The position numbers and the translations under genes are program-made. From a virus, in IMG/VR virus record IMGVR_UViG_3300017989_000078: a stretch of 64,000 nt of DNA; one strand, 5' to 3'. A model generated the notes under the pieces. The model made no database searches, had not been told where the DNA came from, and was given only the letters and a program-made list of their open reading frames with translations. Positions within the stretch are counted from its first letter, which is position 1. The number at the start of each line of letters is the position of its first letter. Below, piece after piece: positions 60,655-64,000 of the stretch.

Positions 60655-62931
60655 ATGGGAGCAGAACTTCTTGCCAGTAAAGTCGTGATCCTTGAGGAGG
60701 AGCCGTCAATCCCAACCATAGCAGCACTGCCGAGTGCAGTGACATTGTGCTTGGGAATTACGGAGCGCGGTCCCATCGCTGACCCGCAACTCCTAACTTC
60801 GTTTGAGGATTACAATAGAATCTTCGGTGGGTTCACCCTGGATAGTGACGTAGCAGTTGCCGCGTACGGATTCTTTCGCCAGGGCGGTACTTTCATGTGG
60901 GGTAGCCGTACGTGCCACTTCACCGATCTCACCGATCCAAACACAGCAACGGCCGAGAAAGGTAGTGTGATGCTGAACAACAGCGGATCGCTTGCCACGC
61001 CTGCGGTAGTGGGACCAGGCACAGGGGTGTCTCCGTTTGTGATGACCGACGGCATGCACATCGACATCGACATCGGTGCTGGTCCTGTCGTGGTGACATT
61101 CAACGGGACTCCGGCACAGGTGCCAAACGCGCCAGTGGTCGGGCCGTACGCTCTAATCGGTGGCGAGACGCTGCTGGTGGACGTGGATGGTGTGAGCCAA
61201 ATCGTAACGTTCTTGCCAACAGACTTCGCAGTTCCAGGTGCAGCGACCGGTCTAGAAGTTGCAGCAAGGATCAACTCCGACCTGAGTGGAGCCAAGTGTA
61301 TTCCTGTGGGCGTAGCTCCAGGACCATACGGTCTGATGCTGGAGACGGATGGATCTGGCAACGACTACTCGCTCAACGTCACCGGTGGAACCGCTGCGCC
61401 AGTATTGCTGTTTGCTCCTGGTCTTGTAGTGGGACCTGGCAACGTTGGTAACATCGCGCTTGTCCTGGCAACAGAGGTCGAGGCGATTGTTGAGGCTACG
61501 GTTGGTTTGCTCGGTTTGATCGACGTGATCGTTGGTGGTGGTGTCCCAGGTGACATTACAATCGAGACGATTGCAACTGGTCTGTTGGCGCAGATCCAGG
61601 TCATGCCGGCATCCACAGTGGACTTCGGTCTGGACAACTTGGTTCACAATGGAGCCGATGCTGCGGTGCAGCCGACACTCTTGGTCGAGGGTAAAACACC
61701 CGGGAGTTACACAGACGACATCCGGATCATCATCGAAGCGGCCACCAACGGCATCGCCACATATTTCAACCTGAAGGTTGATGTGAGCGGTATCGTTAAA
61801 GAGACGTGGCCAAACTGCACAATGGACGACACATCTGCCGACTACGTTGAGACGTTGATGAACGACGTGAATCTTGGGTCTTTGCTGGTCAAGGTGGTCG
61901 ATCAGGGTCTGGCACCGGTTGGTATCAAACGCCCCGCAGACGGAACGAGCGCGACGATGACAGGTGGAGACGATGGTCTTCTGGGGATCGCAGATGCCGA
62001 CTACGTAGGGAACGTAGCAGGTCCAACTGGTCTCTACACATTTGACCGAATTCAGACCGGCCGGATACTGATCATTCCTGGTCTGTACACGGAAGTTATT
62101 CACAAGGGCATGCTGGACTATGCGGAAATCGACCGTAACGGTTCCATGTTCTGCTTCTTGGACTGTCCGCCTCAGAACACGAAGACACAGGTCGTGACGT
62201 ACCTGGTTGGTGCAGGATTGCTGGAGTACAGCGAATTCGGTGCCATCCACTGGCCTTGGATCAAGGTTGGCAACCCGCAGCCGGCGGTTTTTGGCACAGA
62301 CAGCGAGATCACGATCCCGCCATCGGGTTGGATTGCTGGCAAGTGCGCAGCAAACGACCAGCGGCGAGGTGGAGTATACGAGGCACCCGCCGGCTACGGC
62401 GAGGGATGGGGCGTGATACGGGGCATGACCGATGTGGAAGATGATCCACAGGGTCAGACCGAGCACGAGGTACTGGACGAGAAGACACGAGACTATGTGT
62501 ATCCGTACAGGATCAATCCATTCAACCGGACCAACGGAGGCCTGTGGTATATGGACGGGTCACGCACGTTGAAGTCCACTGGCAACTTCCCAAGCATCGG
62601 AGAGCGGCGCGGTGTGATCTTCATCGCAGAGTCGATCAAGGCAGGATTGCAGGTTTTCCGTCACCGATTCAACAACAGGGCGAACCGCATGCGCGCAGAG
62701 AGGTCTACCAGGGTATTCCTCGAGGTAGAAATGAACAAGGGAGCATTCCGCAGCACGAATCCTGCGACTGCGTTCTTTGTGGACTTCTCGGATGCTCTGA
62801 ACCCGGTGGCCAACGAGTTCGCGGGAATCATGACTGGTCGTATCGGTCTTGCCACAAACAAGCCGACTGACTGGATCATATTGCTAATTACGCAGGACAC
62901 GAGGGCACTAGAGGAAAGCCTCGCAGCCTAA
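60655..62931 (+). CDS. contractile tail sheath protein
   Basis: 758 aa. The C-terminal region YPYRINPFNRTNGGLWYMDGSRTL...GVIFIAESIKAGLQVFRHRFNN is typical of sheath proteins. Directly precedes the tube gene. AGGAGG RBS. Confidence 0.8.
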   Translation: MGAELLASKVVILEEEPSIPTIAALPSAVTLCLGITERGPIADPQLLTSFEDYNRIFGGFTLDSDVAVAAYGFFRQGGTFMWGSRTCHFTDLTDPNTATAEKGSVMLNNSGSLATPAVVGPGTGVSPFVMTDGMHIDIDIGAGPVVVTFNGTPAQVPNAPVVGPYALIGGETLLVDVDGVSQIVTFLPTDFAVPGAATGLEVAARINSDLSGAKCIPVGVAPGPYGLMLETDGSGNDYSLNVTGGTAAPVLLFAPGLVVGPGNVGNIALVLATEVEAIVEATVGLLGLIDVIVGGGVPGDITIETIATGLLAQIQVMPASTVDFGLDNLVHNGADAAVQPTLLVEGKTPGSYTDDIRIIIEAATNGIATYFNLKVDVSGIVKETWPNCTMDDTSADYVETLMNDVNLGSLLVKVVDQGLAPVGIKRPADGTSATMTGGDDGLLGIADADYVGNVAGPTGLYTFDRIQTGRILIIPGLYTEVIHKGMLDYAEIDRNGSMFCFLDCPPQNTKTQVVTYLVGAGLLEYSEFGAIHWPWIKVGNPQPAVFGTDSEITIPPSGWIAGKCAANDQRRGGVYEAPAGYGEGWGVIRGMTDVEDDPQGQTEHEVLDEKTRDYVYPYRINPFNRTNGGLWYMDGSRTLKSTGNFPSIGERRGVIFIAESIKAGLQVFRHRFNNRANRMRAERSTRVFLEVEMNKGAFRSTNPATAFFVDFSDALNPVANEFAGIMTGRIGLATNKPTDWIILLITQDTRALEESLAA

Positions 62932-62945
62932 GAAGGGAGTGAACG

Positions 62946-63401
62946 ATGGGAGAACCGACTTACTATGATAAAAAGTTCGCGTTCATCGTAGACATCGATG
63001 GAGTGGGCTGGGCAGGTTTTACGACGTGCAGCGAGATCGCTGGGGAGTTCGAGGATGTTGACCACCGCGAAGGTGGGAGGCGCCATAAGCACAAGGCTCC
63101 AGGGCTCGTAGACTTTCCGGATGTCACGCTGACGCGTGGTAGTACCGAAGACTTCGACCTCTACAACTGGTTCAAGGAGTGTTATGACGCTGCTGCTGGG
63201 ACTGGCCAGGTACCCCCTGATCTGTTCCGTACAGTGGACGTGATACAATTGGACGAGGCAGGGAACGAGTTGCGTCGCTATCGTCTTTTCAAAGCATACT
63301 GCAAGCGTTGGTCTTCAGGAGACTGGGACAACAATGCAAGCGAGGCCTTGATGGAGTCGGTAGTTATCCGGTTTGACTACCCGGAGAAGAATCCGAGTTA
63401 G
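62946..63401 (+). CDS. tail tube protein (gp19/TIGR02241-like)
   Basis: FAFIVDIDGVGWAGFTTCSEIAGEFEDVDHREGG...PGLVDFPDVTLTRG...LYNWF. Confidence 0.8.
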   Translation: MGEPTYYDKKFAFIVDIDGVGWAGFTTCSEIAGEFEDVDHREGGRRHKHKAPGLVDFPDVTLTRGSTEDFDLYNWFKECYDAAAGTGQVPPDLFRTVDVIQLDEAGNELRRYRLFKAYCKRWSSGDWDNNASEALMESVVIRFDYPEKNPS

Positions 63402-63519
63402 AATATTTGCCGTTAAGCGGCGATAAGGCATAGGCAATGCCGGCGGTTGTCCCAATGATTGGGGTGGCCGTCGGCCGGTCCCTTCGGGGATAGATAACAG
63501 TACAGGCAAAGGAGGGGTC

Positions 63520-64000
63520 ATGAAGACCACGAACGTCAAGCTACCGTCAGGCGCAGTAATTGAGATCAGGAAAATCTCACTCCGTGATGAGAACTTCCTC
63601 GCTGGTGCGGCAAGATCCAAACGCAAGAACAATGACAAGGTTCTGATCGAGGTGATGTCCAGGTGCACAATTGGATTTGTGGAACCTGGCCCATACAAGG
63701 ATGTGAACGCAGGAGACAAGGTTAAGTGGGACGACATGCTGTCCGGTGACTGGTTTGGGGCGATGATCGAACTTCGCAAATTCAGTTACAGGGAGGGTTC
63801 CAGCTACGACATACAGGTACAATGTCCAGCCCTTGGATGCAATAACAAGTTTGGATGGAAGGTTGATCTGGACAAGGATTTATTTGTCAAGGGTCTACCG
63901 GAGGAGTCTGTAGAGGCGATGGCTGAGGGTAAGCCACTGTCGACGACAATCGATGGTCGTGTGGTGGAGTTCAACCTTGGATACGTCAAGGATAACGAAG
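63520..64000 (+). CDS. hypothetical tail-module protein (partial; runs off the window)
   Basis: AGGAGGGG RBS before ATG 63520. My own translation gives MKTTNVKLPSGAVIEIRKISLRDENFLAG..., open to the window end. Confidence 0.5.
   Translation, partial: MKTTNVKLPSGAVIEIRKISLRDENFLAGAARSKRKNNDKVLIEVMSRCTIGFVEPGPYKDVNAGDKVKWDDMLSGDWFGAMIELRKFSYREGSSYDIQVQCPALGCNNKFGWKVDLDKDLFVKGLPEESVEAMAEGKPLSTTIDGRVVEFNLGYVKDNE

Noticed and set aside
61252-62466. 404-aa minus-strand ORF inside the tail sheath gene
   Set aside because: It is the longest antisense ORF in the window, but it lies fully inside a gene with clear sheath motifs and has no RBS or recognisable domain. It is most likely a codon-bias by-product. 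It would only be worth revisiting if antisense transcription or translation is observed.
1-64000. Search for integrase, repressor/Cro switch, reverse transcriptase (DGR/retron), transposase, Cas genes or toxin-antitoxin pairs
   Set aside because: None of the translated ORFs showed the motifs I would expect, such as a tyrosine-recombinase RHRY context, YxDD, or DDE. Absence is by eye only, and an HMM scan is needed to confirm it.

Overview
This window looks like one continuous piece of a tailed dsDNA bacteriophage genome, or the interior of a prophage, with a contractile tail. It holds about 110 tightly packed ORFs. Every convincing one is on the + strand. Most are joined by ATGA/TAATG stop-start overlaps or preceded by AGGAG-type ribosome-binding sites.

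Layout:
- 1-250: non-coding repeat/hairpin region with a GATC cluster.
- 570-2036: DnaB-type helicase, followed by two peptidoglycan hydrolases.
- about 5.5-39.5 kb: a long early/accessory region of small zinc-ribbon proteins and DNA-handling enzymes. These include an N6-adenine MTase, a beta-class N4/N6 MTase, a C5 MTase, RuvC, a PD-(D/E)xK nuclease, an ASCH-like protein, a Gp37/Gp68-like protein, a TopoVI-A/Spo11-like protein, three Lar-like domains and two RHH regulators.
- 39565 onward: ParB-like protein, large terminase (40164-41741), portal, MuF-like head protein, XkdF-like protease and scaffold-like proteins, major capsid, head-tail proteins, tail sheath (60655-62931), tail tube (62946-63401) and a partial ORF at the window edge.

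Five intergenic gaps carry near-consensus sigma70-type promoters. I did not recognise any rRNA, CRISPR array, transposase, integrase or reverse transcriptase.

Most worth a second look:
- a C5 methyltransferase written across two frames, with about 600 nt open in both;
- a cloverleaf tRNA-like element with a 52-nt extra arm;
- a 1049-aa MuF protein carrying a C-terminal HExxH domain;
- a stand-alone TopoVI-A/Spo11-like gene;
- the C8/G6 hairpin plus GATC-repeat region upstream of dnaB;
- a tail-fibre-like gene split by a -1 frame change;
- a paralogous gene pair 11.6 kb apart with near-identical 3' ends.

All functional calls come from motifs read by eye in the supplied translations. No database search was run, so family names are hypotheses.
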